DNA from: Gemmatimonadota bacterium
GTDB lineage: Bacteria > Gemmatimonadota > Gemmatimonadetes > JACCXV01 > JAHWKZ01
DNA length: 64,000 nt
Reading direction: 5' to 3'
NCBI GenBank assembly: GCA_035524965.1
Contig: DATLFH010000019.1
Coordinates: 5,753 to 69,752 of the forward strand
Below, piece after piece: positions 9,641 through 19,620 of the stretch. The position numbers and the translations under genes are program-made. Positions within the stretch are counted from its first letter, which is position 1, and the number at the start of each line of letters is the position of its first letter. The notes under the pieces were generated by a model. The model was not told the origin of the DNA, made no database searches, and worked only from the letters and a program-made list of their open reading frames with translations.

Positions 9641-11520
9641 GTGTTGTTCTGCGGGTTCACGTCCCCCCACTCGGGGCCGCCGTTGACCGTGATCCTCTCG
9701 GCGCGCTCGGGGAGCCTCAGGGTCGCGGTCGCGCGGTCGGTCAAGTGGAACGCCTCGACCGGGATCGTCACCGTGTCGGTCGCGCCGGTCGCCGTCACCG
9801 CTACGACGCGGGCCGGCATGAGGAGATCGCCCCGCTGGTCGACCGAGACCGTGACGGTCCACACGCCCTCGGACTGGTTCTGGTCGACGCCCAGGATCGC
9901 CATGTCGTTCGTCGCCGTCGTGTAGGTCCAGTTGTGCCAGAACCACCCCAGCTCGCGGCCCAGCTCGTTCTCCATCACCCGGAAGAAATCGGCCGGCTGG
10001 GGGTGCTTGTAGGACCAGATCTCGTAGTAGCGTCTGAGCGCCCGGTCGAACGGTTCCGCTCCGGCCAGGGCCCGCAACGCGTTCAGCATCACCGCCGGCT
10101 TGATGTACGCGCCGATCCCGAGCGCCGGTCCCCCGGACGCGAACAGGTCGGGCTCGTTGCCCATCGGCTGCTCGGGGAAGACCCGGATCGCGCCCGCGTA
10201 CTGGGCGACATTGGCCAGCTCCGGCTGGCTCTCCGGGAAGTACACCGCCTTGCTGAGCTGGTTGATGAAGGTGTCGATCCCCTCGTCCATCCACGCGTGG
10301 CGCCGTTCGTCCGAGCCGACGACCATCGGAAACCACATGTGCCCCCATTCATGGTCGAGGACGTCGAAGAGCGCCTCGCGGTCGGCCTCGCCGGCCACGA
10401 ATACGACCATCGGGTACTCCATCCCGTAGACCGGCCCCTCGACCGCGGTGGCGTTGGGATACGGGTACTCCCCCAGATACTCGGAATAGAACTCGATCGA
10501 ATGGCGGGTCATCGCCGCCGCCTCCCGCCAGGCTCGGGCAGCCGGCCGGTAGAGCGCGTGGACGAGGGCGTCGCCGGCGCGCGTCGCGTCCCACACGACT
10601 TCCGGGCTCGCCGCCCAGGTGAAGTCGCGCACGTTCTCGGCCCGGAAGCGCCAGGTCAGCATACCGTCCGTTCGCGGCCGAAAACCCGCCGGGTCGGCGA
10701 GCTCGGTTTCCGTCACGACGTGGACGATCGTATCCCCGGCGGCCGCCGCCAGGCGATCGCGCTGGGTCGCGGTCAGGACCTCTTCGGGGTTCTCGAGCGC
10801 GCCGGTCGCTCCCACCAGGTACGCGGCCGGGACCGTCAGCGCGACCGTGAAGTCGCCGTACTCGAGGTAGAACTCGCCCTGTCCCAGATACGGCATCGTG
10901 TTCCAGCCGCTCACGTCGTCGTAGACCGCGAGGCGCGGGTACCACTGGGCGAGGAGGTAGTGATTCCCCTCGCGCCCCATCCGGTCGGCGCCGTGCTCGG
11001 GCACCCGAAAGCTCCAGTCGATTGAGAACGTCGTCGAGCCGCCGGGGGCGAGCGGCCGGGCGAGGTCGACCCGCATGAGCGTATCGTGGATCCGGGTCTC
11101 GAGCTCCCTCCCGTCCGCCGCCACCCGCGCGATCGTGGTGCCGCCCTCGAAGCCGCCGCCGCCAAAGCGCGCTTCCTCGGGGAACGTCTGGGCCCCCTTG
11201 CTGCCCGGCGCGAAGAGGTTCTGGTCGAGCTGCACCCACACGTAGGTCAGGGTGTCGGGAGAGTGGTTGGCGTACGTGATCGTCTCCGAGCCGGTCACCG
11301 TCTGCGACGCCGGGTCGAGCGTCGCCTCGATCGCATAGTCGACGCGCTGCTGCCAGTACTCGGGGCCCGGCCGCCCGGAGGCCGTCCGGTACGCGTTCGG
11401 CGTCGGCAGATCCGGCTCGCGGAAGCGCTCGTCGACCTGGGTCTGACTCTCCTGGGCCGCGGCGTAGGGGACGGTGGCCGCGATCCACGCGAGCGCCACC
11501 AAGAGCTTCCTGACGATCAA
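9628..11520 (-). CDS. M1 family aminopeptidase, secreted
   Basis: Signal peptide. HEWGHMWF zinc motif (HExxH) with a downstream E, and an M1-like N-terminal beta domain. Confidence 0.9.
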   Translation of the reverse strand: MIVRKLLVALAWIAATVPYAAAQESQTQVDERFREPDLPTPNAYRTASGRPGPEYWQQRVDYAIEATLDPASQTVTGSETITYANHSPDTLTYVWVQLDQNLFAPGSKGAQTFPEEARFGGGGFEGGTTIARVAADGRELETRIHDTLMRVDLARPLAPGGSTTFSIDWSFRVPEHGADRMGREGNHYLLAQWYPRLAVYDDVSGWNTMPYLGQGEFYLEYGDFTVALTVPAAYLVGATGALENPEEVLTATQRDRLAAAAGDTIVHVVTETELADPAGFRPRTDGMLTWRFRAENVRDFTWAASPEVVWDATRAGDALVHALYRPAARAWREAAAMTRHSIEFYSEYLGEYPYPNATAVEGPVYGMEYPMVVFVAGEADREALFDVLDHEWGHMWFPMVVGSDERRHAWMDEGIDTFINQLSKAVYFPESQPELANVAQYAGAIRVFPEQPMGNEPDLFASGGPALGIGAYIKPAVMLNALRALAGAEPFDRALRRYYEIWSYKHPQPADFFRVMENELGRELGWFWHNWTYTTATNDMAILGVDQNQSEGVWTVTVSVDQRGDLLMPARVVAVTATGATDTVTIPVEAFHLTDRATATLRLPERAERITVNGGPEWGDVNPQNNTWTR

Positions 11521-11608
11521 CAGTGCCTCCTCAGCGACAGGTTCCGAATCGGTCCAGACGGCGGGTTTCGTTGCGCGCCGTCGGCGGCCACGAATACGTT
11601 ACCGCGTC

Positions 11609-12547
11609 ATGCTCCAGTACGCTCTCCGACGCATCGTCCATACGATCCCCGTCCTGTTCGGAGTGCTCGTCGTAACGTTCGCGCTGCTCTACATCGCGCC
11701 CGGCGATCCGGTGCTGGCGATGGTCGGCGACCGTTTCGATCCGGCGACGCTCGATCGTCTGCGCGCCGAGCTCCACCTGGACGAGCCGGTGTGGAGTCAG
11801 TTCTACCACTACGTGACGGGCCTCCTCCAGGGCGACTGGGGCCGCTCGTACATGACGCGGCAGCCGGTACTGGCGGGGATTCTCGACCACTTCCCGAAGA
11901 CGCTCTACCTGGCTTCGGTGGCGATGCTCTTCGCCACGCTCTCCGGCGTCCTGATCGGGATCGCTTCCGCCGTCAAGCAATCGACGTGGATCGACAGCCT
12001 GGGGATGACGTTCGCCTTCCTCGGGATCTCGTTCCCCGTCTACTGGGTGGGCCTGGTCCTGATCCTCGTCGTCGCGGTCTCGTGGGAGCTCCTGCCGCCG
12101 TCCGGCTTCGGCGGCGGGGCGCTCCCCTACCTGATCCTGCCCGCGTTGACGCTCGGCATGCGCTCGACCGCGTACATCGCGCGCCTCACGCGCTCCTCGA
12201 TGCTCGAGATCATCCGCCTCGATTACATCCGCACCGCGCGCGCCAAGGGGCTGGCGGAAAGGACGGTCATCGGCAAGCACGCGCTCAAAGCGGCGCTGAT
12301 CCCGGTCGTGACCGCGATCGGTTTGGACTTCGGCGCCTACCTGTCGGGCTCGGTCCTCACGGAGTCGATCTTCGCCTGGCCGGGGATCGGCCGCTTTGCG
12401 CTGAACGCGATCCTCGACCGCGACCTTCCGGTCATCCAGGGGACGGTGCTCTTCCTGGCGATCGTCTTCGTGCTCGTCAACCTGCTGGTCGACCTCCTGT
12501 ATGGATATCTCGACCCGCGGATACGGTATGAGCGGGCGGGGCCGTAG
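11609..12547 (+). CDS. ABC transporter permease (DppB/OppB-like)
   Basis: BPD_transp_1 motifs. The start at MLQYALRRIV is typical of OppB/DppB. Confidence 0.85.
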   Translation: MLQYALRRIVHTIPVLFGVLVVTFALLYIAPGDPVLAMVGDRFDPATLDRLRAELHLDEPVWSQFYHYVTGLLQGDWGRSYMTRQPVLAGILDHFPKTLYLASVAMLFATLSGVLIGIASAVKQSTWIDSLGMTFAFLGISFPVYWVGLVLILVVAVSWELLPPSGFGGGALPYLILPALTLGMRSTAYIARLTRSSMLEIIRLDYIRTARAKGLAERTVIGKHALKAALIPVVTAIGLDFGAYLSGSVLTESIFAWPGIGRFALNAILDRDLPVIQGTVLFLAIVFVLVNLLVDLLYGYLDPRIRYERAGP

Positions 12548-12550
12548 CGG

Positions 12551-13408
12551 ATGGAGCTGTGGCGCGCGCTGAAGCGGAACCGCCTCGCGATGGTCGGGGC
12601 GGCGGTCGTCGCCCTCCTCGTCGTCTTCGGGATCGCCGGCCCGTGGGTCGCGCCCTACGACCCGCTCGCGCAGGATTTGTCGCGCGGCCTCGAGCCGCCC
12701 TCGGCCGAGCACTGGTTCGGCACCGACACCTTCGGCCGCGACATCCTGTCGCGGGTCCTCTACGGCGCCCGGATCTCGCTCATCGTCGGCGTCGCTTCGC
12801 AGGCGATCGCGTTCACGCTGGGGGTTCTGCTGGGAGTCGTCTCCGGCTACTACGGGGGCAAGGTCGACGGCCTCGTCATGCGGCTGGCGGACGTGACCCT
12901 CGCCTTCCCGACCCTCCTCCTCCTGATCGCGATCACGGCCGCGTTCCAGCCCTCGCTCGCGGTCGTCTTCGTGGCGATCGGCGTCGTCGGCTGGGCGGGG
13001 CTCGCCAGGCTCGTCCGCTCCCAGGCGCTCGTCGTCCGCGAGCTCGACTTCATCCAGGCCGCCCGCGCGCTCGGGATGGGGGACGCGCGGCTTCTGTCGC
13101 GGCACGTGCTACCCAACTGCCTCGCCCCGGCCGTGATCGCGGTGACGCTCGGGATGGCGGGAGCGATCCTGCTCGAGGCCGCGCTCTCGTTCATCGGTCT
13201 GGGCGCCCAGCCCCCGACCCCCTCGTGGGGCTCGATGATCTCCGATGGGCGGGACCTTCTCCGCGCGGCCCCCTGGATCTCGATCTTTCCCGGCCTGGCG
13301 ATCGGGTTCGTCGTCCTCGGCTTCAACCTGTTCGGCGACGGCCTCCGGGACGCCATGGACCCGCGCTTGAGGGGCCGGGTGCGGCGCGCGCTCCCGCGAC
13401 CCGAGTGA
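12551..13408 (+). CDS. ABC transporter permease (DppC/OppC-like)
   Basis: BPD_transp_1 permease lying 4 nt after the previous permease. Confidence 0.85.
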   Translation: MELWRALKRNRLAMVGAAVVALLVVFGIAGPWVAPYDPLAQDLSRGLEPPSAEHWFGTDTFGRDILSRVLYGARISLIVGVASQAIAFTLGVLLGVVSGYYGGKVDGLVMRLADVTLAFPTLLLLIAITAAFQPSLAVVFVAIGVVGWAGLARLVRSQALVVRELDFIQAARALGMGDARLLSRHVLPNCLAPAVIAVTLGMAGAILLEAALSFIGLGAQPPTPSWGSMISDGRDLLRAAPWISIFPGLAIGFVVLGFNLFGDGLRDAMDPRLRGRVRRALPRPE

Positions 13409-13447
13409 GCGCGGAGGGGCTTAACATTTGCGTCCCCGACCCGTCCA

Positions 13448-14035
13448 ATGAGCGAAGGGAGACCTCCCAAGCGTGGAGATCCGATGGGCGACGATGAGCT
13501 GGTGGCCGAGGCCAGGCGCGGCAACGCGCGAGCGTTCGGCCGCCTGGTCGAGCTCCATCAGCCGCGGCTCTACGGCATGCTGGCCAAGATGACCGGCGAC
13601 TCCGAGCTCGCGCTCGACCTCTCCCAGGAGGCGTTCATCCGCGCCTGGCAGGGGCTCGAGGGTTTCGAGGGGCGGGCGACGTTCTCGACGTGGCTTTACC
13701 GGATCGCGGTCCGGCTCGCCTACGACGCGCGGCGCGACCCACGGCACGACGACCCCGACGCGCTGGCGGGGATCGCCGATCCGGCGCCCGGCCCCGACGC
13801 CCATCTGGACCGGTCCGCCGAGGCCGAGGATCTCCGGCGGAGGATCGAGACGCTTCCGGACATGCAGCGCGCGGTCGTGACCTTGAGGACGTACAACGAT
13901 CTTCCGTACCGTGAGATCGCCACGATCCTGGAGACGAGCGAGAACAGCGCCCGCGTATCATTCCACCACGCGATCATGCGTCTCAAGGAAGGGTACCTGC
14001 GGGACGGGCGCCGGCAGGAGGCGCCGACACGATGA
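13448..14035 (+). CDS. ECF sigma factor (sigma-70 family)
   Basis: Regions 2 and 4 are present (DLSQEAFIRAW; TYNDLPYREIATIL). The start may instead be the internal MGDDELV at 13484. Confidence 0.85.
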   Translation: MSEGRPPKRGDPMGDDELVAEARRGNARAFGRLVELHQPRLYGMLAKMTGDSELALDLSQEAFIRAWQGLEGFEGRATFSTWLYRIAVRLAYDARRDPRHDDPDALAGIADPAPGPDAHLDRSAEAEDLRRRIETLPDMQRAVVTLRTYNDLPYREIATILETSENSARVSFHHAIMRLKEGYLRDGRRQEAPTR

Positions 14036-14679
14036 ACGATTCGCATGGGAACGAGGAAGGCCCGACGATGGACGGACACCTGACCGACGACGAGATCCTC
14101 GCCTGGCTCGACGAGCCGGGCGAGGCCGGACCGCCTGAGCATCTGGCAGAGTGCCTCGCCTGCCGCGAGCGCGCGGCCGACACGGAGAAACTGCTGGCCG
14201 CGCTTGGCGCCGATCCCCCGGCGATCCCCGAGGCGCTCGCGGCCCAGCGGGGGCGGGTGATGGCGGCCGTAGCGGCGCGCCCCCGCGGCAGCAAGGTGAC
14301 CGCGATCCGCGGGCCTTCGATCCGCCGCTACGGGTGGATGCCGTTGGCAGCCGCCGCGGTGATCGCGGGTCTCCTTCTCCTTGGCCGGGACGCGACCGAG
14401 CCACCGGCCGGCGGTCCGGCCGGCACCGTGACGACGAGGCCCGAGGTGCTGGAGGCCATCGATCCGGCGCCCCTCCCTGTCGTCGCGGAAGCCGACCGCG
14501 CAGCCGAGGAAGCGTACGCCGTGGAGATCGACGCGGCGCTGGCCGCGCTCGATCCCGGCCCGGCCGTACCCACCTACGCCTTCGGCACGGGCGTCCTGGC
14601 GGAAGAGTTCGCGGCCCTGTCGGTGGAAGACCAGAACGCGATCCTGGCTGAGATGTCCGACATGACCTTCGATCTATGA
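14032..14679 (+). CDS. zinc-finger (ZAS-type) anti-sigma factor
   Basis: HLAECLACRE motif and one TM segment. Overlaps the sigma stop by 4 nt. Confidence 0.75.
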   Translation: MNDSHGNEEGPTMDGHLTDDEILAWLDEPGEAGPPEHLAECLACRERAADTEKLLAALGADPPAIPEALAAQRGRVMAAVAARPRGSKVTAIRGPSIRRYGWMPLAAAAVIAGLLLLGRDATEPPAGGPAGTVTTRPEVLEAIDPAPLPVVAEADRAAEEAYAVEIDAALAALDPGPAVPTYAFGTGVLAEEFAALSVEDQNAILAEMSDMTFDL

Positions 14680-15326
14680 GGAGAAGAATGACGATGCTGC
14701 GCAGGTTTCCGACGTTGATTCGCGTGCGGGCGGTCATCCCCCTGCTCGCCCTCACCGCGGCCCCGCTGATCGCGCAGGAAGCGCCCGAGCGGCGGCCGCC
14801 CCGGCAGGCGCCGGCCCCGCCGGCCCTCGAGCGGCTCGAGCGATTCAGGATAGAACGGCTGCAGGAGGCGCTCGAGTTGAACGATGAACAGGCGCGCACC
14901 CTGCGGGAGAGCATGGAAGCGGCGGGGCGCGCTTACCGGCAGGCGCTCGTACAGCAGAGGGAGGCGATGGAGCGGCTCCGCCGGGAGCTTCGGAGCCAAC
15001 CCGTCGAGAGGGACGCTCTCGACCGCGCGCTGGAAGCGCTCGAGAACGAGCGCCGGACGCTGGAGCGGCTGCGCGAGGAGGAGCGGGGCGATATAGAGCG
15101 GCTCCTCACCCCCGAGCAGCGGGCGAAGTTCCTCCTCTTCAACCGCCAGTTCGACGAGCGACTGCGGGAGCTGATCACCAAGCGCCGGCAGGGCTCGGCG
15201 CCGGGCGCTCCGGGCTTACGGGGCAGGCCCCTCGCGCCGCGCGGGGGAAACGAAGCGGCGCGGATCCGGCGGCAGATCGAGCTGCTCGAGCGCCGGCTCG
15301 AGGAGATCGAGCGCCTACAGAACTGA
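14676..15326 (+). CDS. periplasmic Spy/CpxP-like (LTXXQ motif) protein
   Basis: Signal peptide, coiled-coil and an LTPEQ motif. Third gene of the sigma/anti-sigma module. Confidence 0.7.
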   Translation: MRRRMTMLRRFPTLIRVRAVIPLLALTAAPLIAQEAPERRPPRQAPAPPALERLERFRIERLQEALELNDEQARTLRESMEAAGRAYRQALVQQREAMERLRRELRSQPVERDALDRALEALENERRTLERLREEERGDIERLLTPEQRAKFLLFNRQFDERLRELITKRRQGSAPGAPGLRGRPLAPRGGNEAARIRRQIELLERRLEEIERLQN

Positions 15327-15351
15327 CCGCGCGCCACTCCCGCCTGAGGAT

Positions 15352-15795
15352 CTACTCTTCCGGCCGCTCTCCCCAGTGCTCGGCGAAGGAGCGGAGCCGC
15401 TCCCTGAGCGCGGGCTCGATCGGCCGCGGACGGCCGGTTTTGGGGTCGATCATGACCTGGACCGTCCGGCCGCGGGCGACCAGACGGTTGCTCGCCTCGT
15501 CGAAGAGCTCGTAATCGAGGACGAACGAGCTCGTCCCGATCCGCGATAGCCAGACCTCGACCCGGACCGTCTCGCGCAGCATGGCGGCCGATACGTAGTC
15601 GCACTCCGCGCGCGCCACCACGAAGTCGAGAACGTCGTAGGAGTAGTCGTGGTGGAGCTCCTGCCAGTACGCTGTCCGGGCGACCTCGAAGTAGGTGAAG
15701 TAAACCGAGTTGTTGACGTGGCCCATGGGGTCCAGGTCGCGGAACCGGACCGGGATCTTGACGTGGAAGCGGCGCACGGTCGGGTGCCGGCTCAT
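15352..15795 (-). CDS. acyl-CoA thioesterase (4HBT / YbgC-like hotdog fold)
   Basis: FRDLDPMGHVNNSVYFTYFEVAR motif. Confidence 0.85.
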   Translation of the reverse strand: MSRHPTVRRFHVKIPVRFRDLDPMGHVNNSVYFTYFEVARTAYWQELHHDYSYDVLDFVVARAECDYVSAAMLRETVRVEVWLSRIGTSSFVLDYELFDEASNRLVARGRTVQVMIDPKTGRPRPIEPALRERLRSFAEHWGERPEE

Positions 15796-15885
15796 GCGGC
15801 GGCCAAGCTAGCGGTCCGTCCAGGGGCCCACTACCCTGCGATTCGTCGGATTGCGGCCTCGCCGGCGGCCGGCTACGTTCCAGCC

Positions 15886-17262
15886 CCCGTGCACCGCGAC
15901 ACGCCGCTCGCCCCGTTTTCCGACCTCGCGCACCCGGGGCGGCTGGCGCTGACCGGCGCCGTCCTCGTTCTCCTCCTCGCCGGCTTCGTCCCGCTCGCCC
16001 GCGCCCAGGCCTACCTCCGGTGGGACCAGGCGGCCCGCCCGGCGGCCCTGGGTGGCGCCGCGGCCGGGCTGGCGGAGGACCCGAGCGCGGTGTTCTACAA
16101 CCCCGCCGGAATCGTCCACCTCTTCGGAACCTACTTCCAGGCCGGCGGGAATCTGGCGGTCGACGAGGCCCGCTTCCGCGCCTTCGGGGGGGACGGCGCC
16201 TTCGGGGGCGACGGCGCCTCCGAACGCGACGAGTCACCGATCCTGGCCGGGTCCCTGTATGCGACCCACACGGTCGCCCAGCAACTGACCGCCGGCCTCG
16301 GGGTGAACGCTCCCTGGGGCTTGTCGGTCGACTGGGGGAATCCCACCGCCTTCGCCGGCCGCTTCCGGTCGATCGAGAGCCGGCTCAGCGCGATCCAGTT
16401 CAACCCCGTCCTCGCCTATGGTCCGGTCGGTCCGTGGAGCGGCGCCATCGGCGTCGACGTCCTGTACGCCACGCTCGGGCTGGAGCGGTTCGAGCAGGAC
16501 CCGGCGGTGAGCGCCCTCGGCGGCCGTTCGCCGATCGCGCTCGCCCGCACGCACCTGGAGGCGGACGGGACGGGGGTCGGTTGGAATGCGGCGCTCATGT
16601 ACCGCCCCTCGGCGCGGATCGCGGCCGGCGCACAGTACCGGAGCGAAATCGACATCGAGCTGAGCGGCGTGGCCGACTTCGAGATCGTCGCGCCGGCGGA
16701 TCTGAGGCAGATCGTGGTGCCCGGCCGGGAGATCACGGTCGGCGAGCTGATCGCGGACCGTTTCGTGGACCAGTCGGTTCTCTCGACCGTTACCTTCCCG
16801 CACCTCGCTGTCGTCGGCGTTGCGGTCCGGCCGCTCGAGCAGCTCCGGCTCGCATTGGACGTCCAGTGGGTCGGCTGGGGAGCGGTCGACTCGCTCGCGC
16901 TCGCCTTCACCGATTCGGCGCTGGACGAGGCCGGTCCGCTTCTTTATGAGGACGCGTGGGCGATCCGGGGAGGCGTCGAGTTCGAGGTCCGGCCGGGGCT
17001 GCCGCTGCGCCTCGGGTATGCCTGGCTGGAGACCCCGACGCCGGCGCTGGCGGTTACGCCTCTCCTCCCCGATGCGGGCCGCGACGTCTACTCGGTCGGT
17101 GCGGGCCTCGGCTGGTTCGGCAACCGGGTCGACCTGGGCTATCGCGTGACGATCCTGGACGACAGGGAAGGGGTTGCCTTCCCGGGAGATCCGGGCGCCC
17201 TGGACGGGATCTACGAGGCGGTCCTTCACGAAATCGGGATCAGCGTCTCACGCCGGCTGTGA
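15886..17262 (+). CDS. outer-membrane transporter of the FadL/TodX (OMPP1) family
   Basis: Signal peptide, beta-barrel-like sequence and the FYNPAG motif. The start is uncertain; I chose a GTG. Confidence 0.6.
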   Translation, partial: PVHRDTPLAPFSDLAHPGRLALTGAVLVLLLAGFVPLARAQAYLRWDQAARPAALGGAAAGLAEDPSAVFYNPAGIVHLFGTYFQAGGNLAVDEARFRAFGGDGAFGGDGASERDESPILAGSLYATHTVAQQLTAGLGVNAPWGLSVDWGNPTAFAGRFRSIESRLSAIQFNPVLAYGPVGPWSGAIGVDVLYATLGLERFEQDPAVSALGGRSPIALARTHLEADGTGVGWNAALMYRPSARIAAGAQYRSEIDIELSGVADFEIVAPADLRQIVVPGREITVGELIADRFVDQSVLSTVTFPHLAVVGVAVRPLEQLRLALDVQWVGWGAVDSLALAFTDSALDEAGPLLYEDAWAIRGGVEFEVRPGLPLRLGYAWLETPTPALAVTPLLPDAGRDVYSVGAGLGWFGNRVDLGYRVTILDDREGVAFPGDPGALDGIYEAVLHEIGISVSRRL

Positions 17263-17302
17263 GGTCGCGGTGGTCTTGTCCACTCCTCCGTATCGGGATA
17301 TA

Positions 17303-17761
17303 ATGCCGAGACTTATGCGCCTTTCCAAAGATCAGCGGGAGGACTTTATCGCGCAGTGCCGCGCCGCTGGACTGTCGGTCACCCACCAGCGGCTGGCGAT
17401 CTTCGACGCGGTGATGGCGAACTGCAACCGGCACCCCTCGGCCGAGATCATCTATCAGACGGTGCGCGAGCGGTATCCGACGATCTCGTTCAACACGATC
17501 TACAAGAACCTCGAGACCTTCGAGGAACTGGGGATCGTCGTCAAGGTGAATCCGCTCTACAACGAGGCGCGCTACGACGTCGACGTGCGGCCCCATCACC
17601 ACCTGATCTGCCGCCAGTGCAAGACGATCGTCGACGTGCACGACAAGAAGCTGGACCGCGTGCCGGCGCCGGAAGAGGCCGACAACGGATTCCGGGTCGA
17701 GAACTGGACGGTCCAGTTCACCGGGCTCTGCGCCGACTGCCAGCAGCCCGTTCCGGCCTGA
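17303..17761 (+). CDS. fur: Fur family transcriptional regulator
   Basis: HHHLICRQC...C..C metal-binding motifs. ATG at MPRLMRL. Confidence 0.85.
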   Translation: MPRLMRLSKDQREDFIAQCRAAGLSVTHQRLAIFDAVMANCNRHPSAEIIYQTVRERYPTISFNTIYKNLETFEELGIVVKVNPLYNEARYDVDVRPHHHLICRQCKTIVDVHDKKLDRVPAPEEADNGFRVENWTVQFTGLCADCQQPVPA

Positions 17762-17765
17762 AACG

Positions 17766-18689
17766 TCAGCCTGCTGCGGCGGGTCTCCTCTCTAACGCGA
17801 CCCGGTCCCAACCACCCAGATCCGCCGCCGCCTCATAGGTGCTCCGGACGAACTCGAGCAGCGCCTCGTCCGGCCGATCCGACCGGCGGACCGCCTCGTA
17901 CGGCAGGATGAATTCCGACATCTCCGGGCTGTAGAAGGCGCCTGCGGGACGCACCGGGCGCTCCCGGTACCCCTTCGGCTCGGGGTAGGCGTAGGCATAG
18001 AAGGCCGGCTCCCGCACCGCTCCGCCCCCGGGCCAGAACCCGCAGCTGCTCACCTCATGGGAGTAAGCCTCCCGGGTCACGAAGTCGGCCACGTTGGGCG
18101 CCCCGGGATGCTCGGGCGCGCGGCGGCCGGAGAAGAACGTCAGCGCCAGGTCGAAGCTCCCCCAGAAGAAATGGACCGGGCTCGCCTTGCCGAGGAAACC
18201 CGAGCGGAAGCCGGTCAGGACGCGATCGGTCTGAAGCAGGACCCGCCAGAATCGTTGTACAGCGTCGGGATCGTAGGACGCATGCGCATCGTCCTCCTCG
18301 AACGGAATCGGATCGGCGACCTCGACGGGCGTGGTCCAGAGACTCACCTCGATCCCAAGTCCGCCCAGCGCCGCCATCACCTCCCGGTAAAAGTCGGCAA
18401 CCGCACGCGGCGCCAGCGCGAGCATCCGGACGGCGCCGTCGCTGTCACGGATCATGAGCTCGTGATCGATGAAGTCGAAGTCGATCTGGAAGGCACGCCC
18501 TTCGTATGGGATCGGGGACGTCGTCAGGCCTCGAGATGTCACGTACAGAGGCACCTGCCACCAGTGGTTGATCAGCGGGGCCCGGGCGAGGCGGATCTTT
18601 CCCACGACCTGGGTCCACATGTGAAGGGTCGTACACGTTTCCGGCCACTCATCGAGCGCGAGGCTCGGCCAGACCTTGGAATTCGCCAT
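17766..18689 (-). CDS. DUF5996-like conserved protein
   Basis: About 307 aa from MANSKVWPS onward, with non-biased composition. Confidence 0.6.
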   Translation of the reverse strand: MANSKVWPSLALDEWPETCTTLHMWTQVVGKIRLARAPLINHWWQVPLYVTSRGLTTSPIPYEGRAFQIDFDFIDHELMIRDSDGAVRMLALAPRAVADFYREVMAALGGLGIEVSLWTTPVEVADPIPFEEDDAHASYDPDAVQRFWRVLLQTDRVLTGFRSGFLGKASPVHFFWGSFDLALTFFSGRRAPEHPGAPNVADFVTREAYSHEVSSCGFWPGGGAVREPAFYAYAYPEPKGYRERPVRPAGAFYSPEMSEFILPYEAVRRSDRPDEALLEFVRSTYEAAADLGGWDRVALERRPAAAG

Positions 18690-18849
18690 CTGCACCTCCG
18701 TGGGCTGGGCGTGAACGCGGCGGAGATTCATTCCTCGGTAGGTTCGGCGCAAGGCGGGCGCAAGGCAGGCGCAAGGCTGGAACCCGCCGGGGGACCCGGC
18801 GTATTATCTTAATACCGCCAGCCGGCGTCCCCGATCGGAGGTAGGTCCA

Positions 18850-19620
18850 ATGGCCCGTCCGCGCTTTCCGCTCCCGGGGGTGGTCCTGCTCATCGGCGCG
18901 CTCGCCTGCCAGGCCGAGCCCGCCGCCGAGCGCTCCGCGCCCCGCGTCGTCTTCCAGCAGCCCCAATCATCTCCGTCGGATGTCGCCACGGCCGTGGCGC
19001 TCGGACCCGCGGGGGGCTCGCCCGAGGTCATCGTGCTGGGCGAGCCGCGCCCGACGCAGGCGGCACCGCGCCCGGCCCCCCGGGCCGCGCCGGCTCCACA
19101 GGTGATCGTCCGCACCGTCTACGTCGACGCCCCACCGGAGACGCCTCGGGAGACCGAGCCGATCGCCCCGTCGTGGCCGGCGGACGAACGCGTGGAGCCG
19201 GTCGCGACCTATCCCGAACCAGTCTATGAGCCTTCCGCCCCGGCGGACCCGGTGTACGAGCCGGTGGCCACCACCTGGCCGGCCCCGGGTCCCACGCCGA
19301 CGACGTTCCCCGTCCCCGACCAGGGGCCGAACCGGACCCAGGACGCGATCGTCGGCGCCGCTATCGGCGCGGGGATCGGCGCCGTCCTCGGCGGCCGGGA
19401 CGGCGCGATCCGGGGTGGGATCGGCGGCGGGATCGGTGGCGCGATCGGCGGCCGGAACGGAGCGATCCTGGGCGGCGTGCTCGGAGGCTCGAACCGGGGC
19501 GGCGTGCTCGGAGGCGGCCGCGGCCGCGTTCCGCGTCGCGGCGGCGGTTGCTACGCGGAGCCGTTCTCGTCGCCGACTCCCCTCCTGCGGGACGTCACCG
19601 TCGACCTCGTGTCCCGCTGA
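18850..19620 (+). CDS. Pro-rich secreted protein with C-terminal glycine-zipper domain
   Basis: Signal/lipobox (LIGALACQ), a PxxP-rich linker and a GAxxGAxxG zipper. Confidence 0.6.
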   Translation: MARPRFPLPGVVLLIGALACQAEPAAERSAPRVVFQQPQSSPSDVATAVALGPAGGSPEVIVLGEPRPTQAAPRPAPRAAPAPQVIVRTVYVDAPPETPRETEPIAPSWPADERVEPVATYPEPVYEPSAPADPVYEPVATTWPAPGPTPTTFPVPDQGPNRTQDAIVGAAIGAGIGAVLGGRDGAIRGGIGGGIGGAIGGRNGAILGGVLGGSNRGGVLGGGRGRVPRRGGGCYAEPFSSPTPLLRDVTVDLVSR

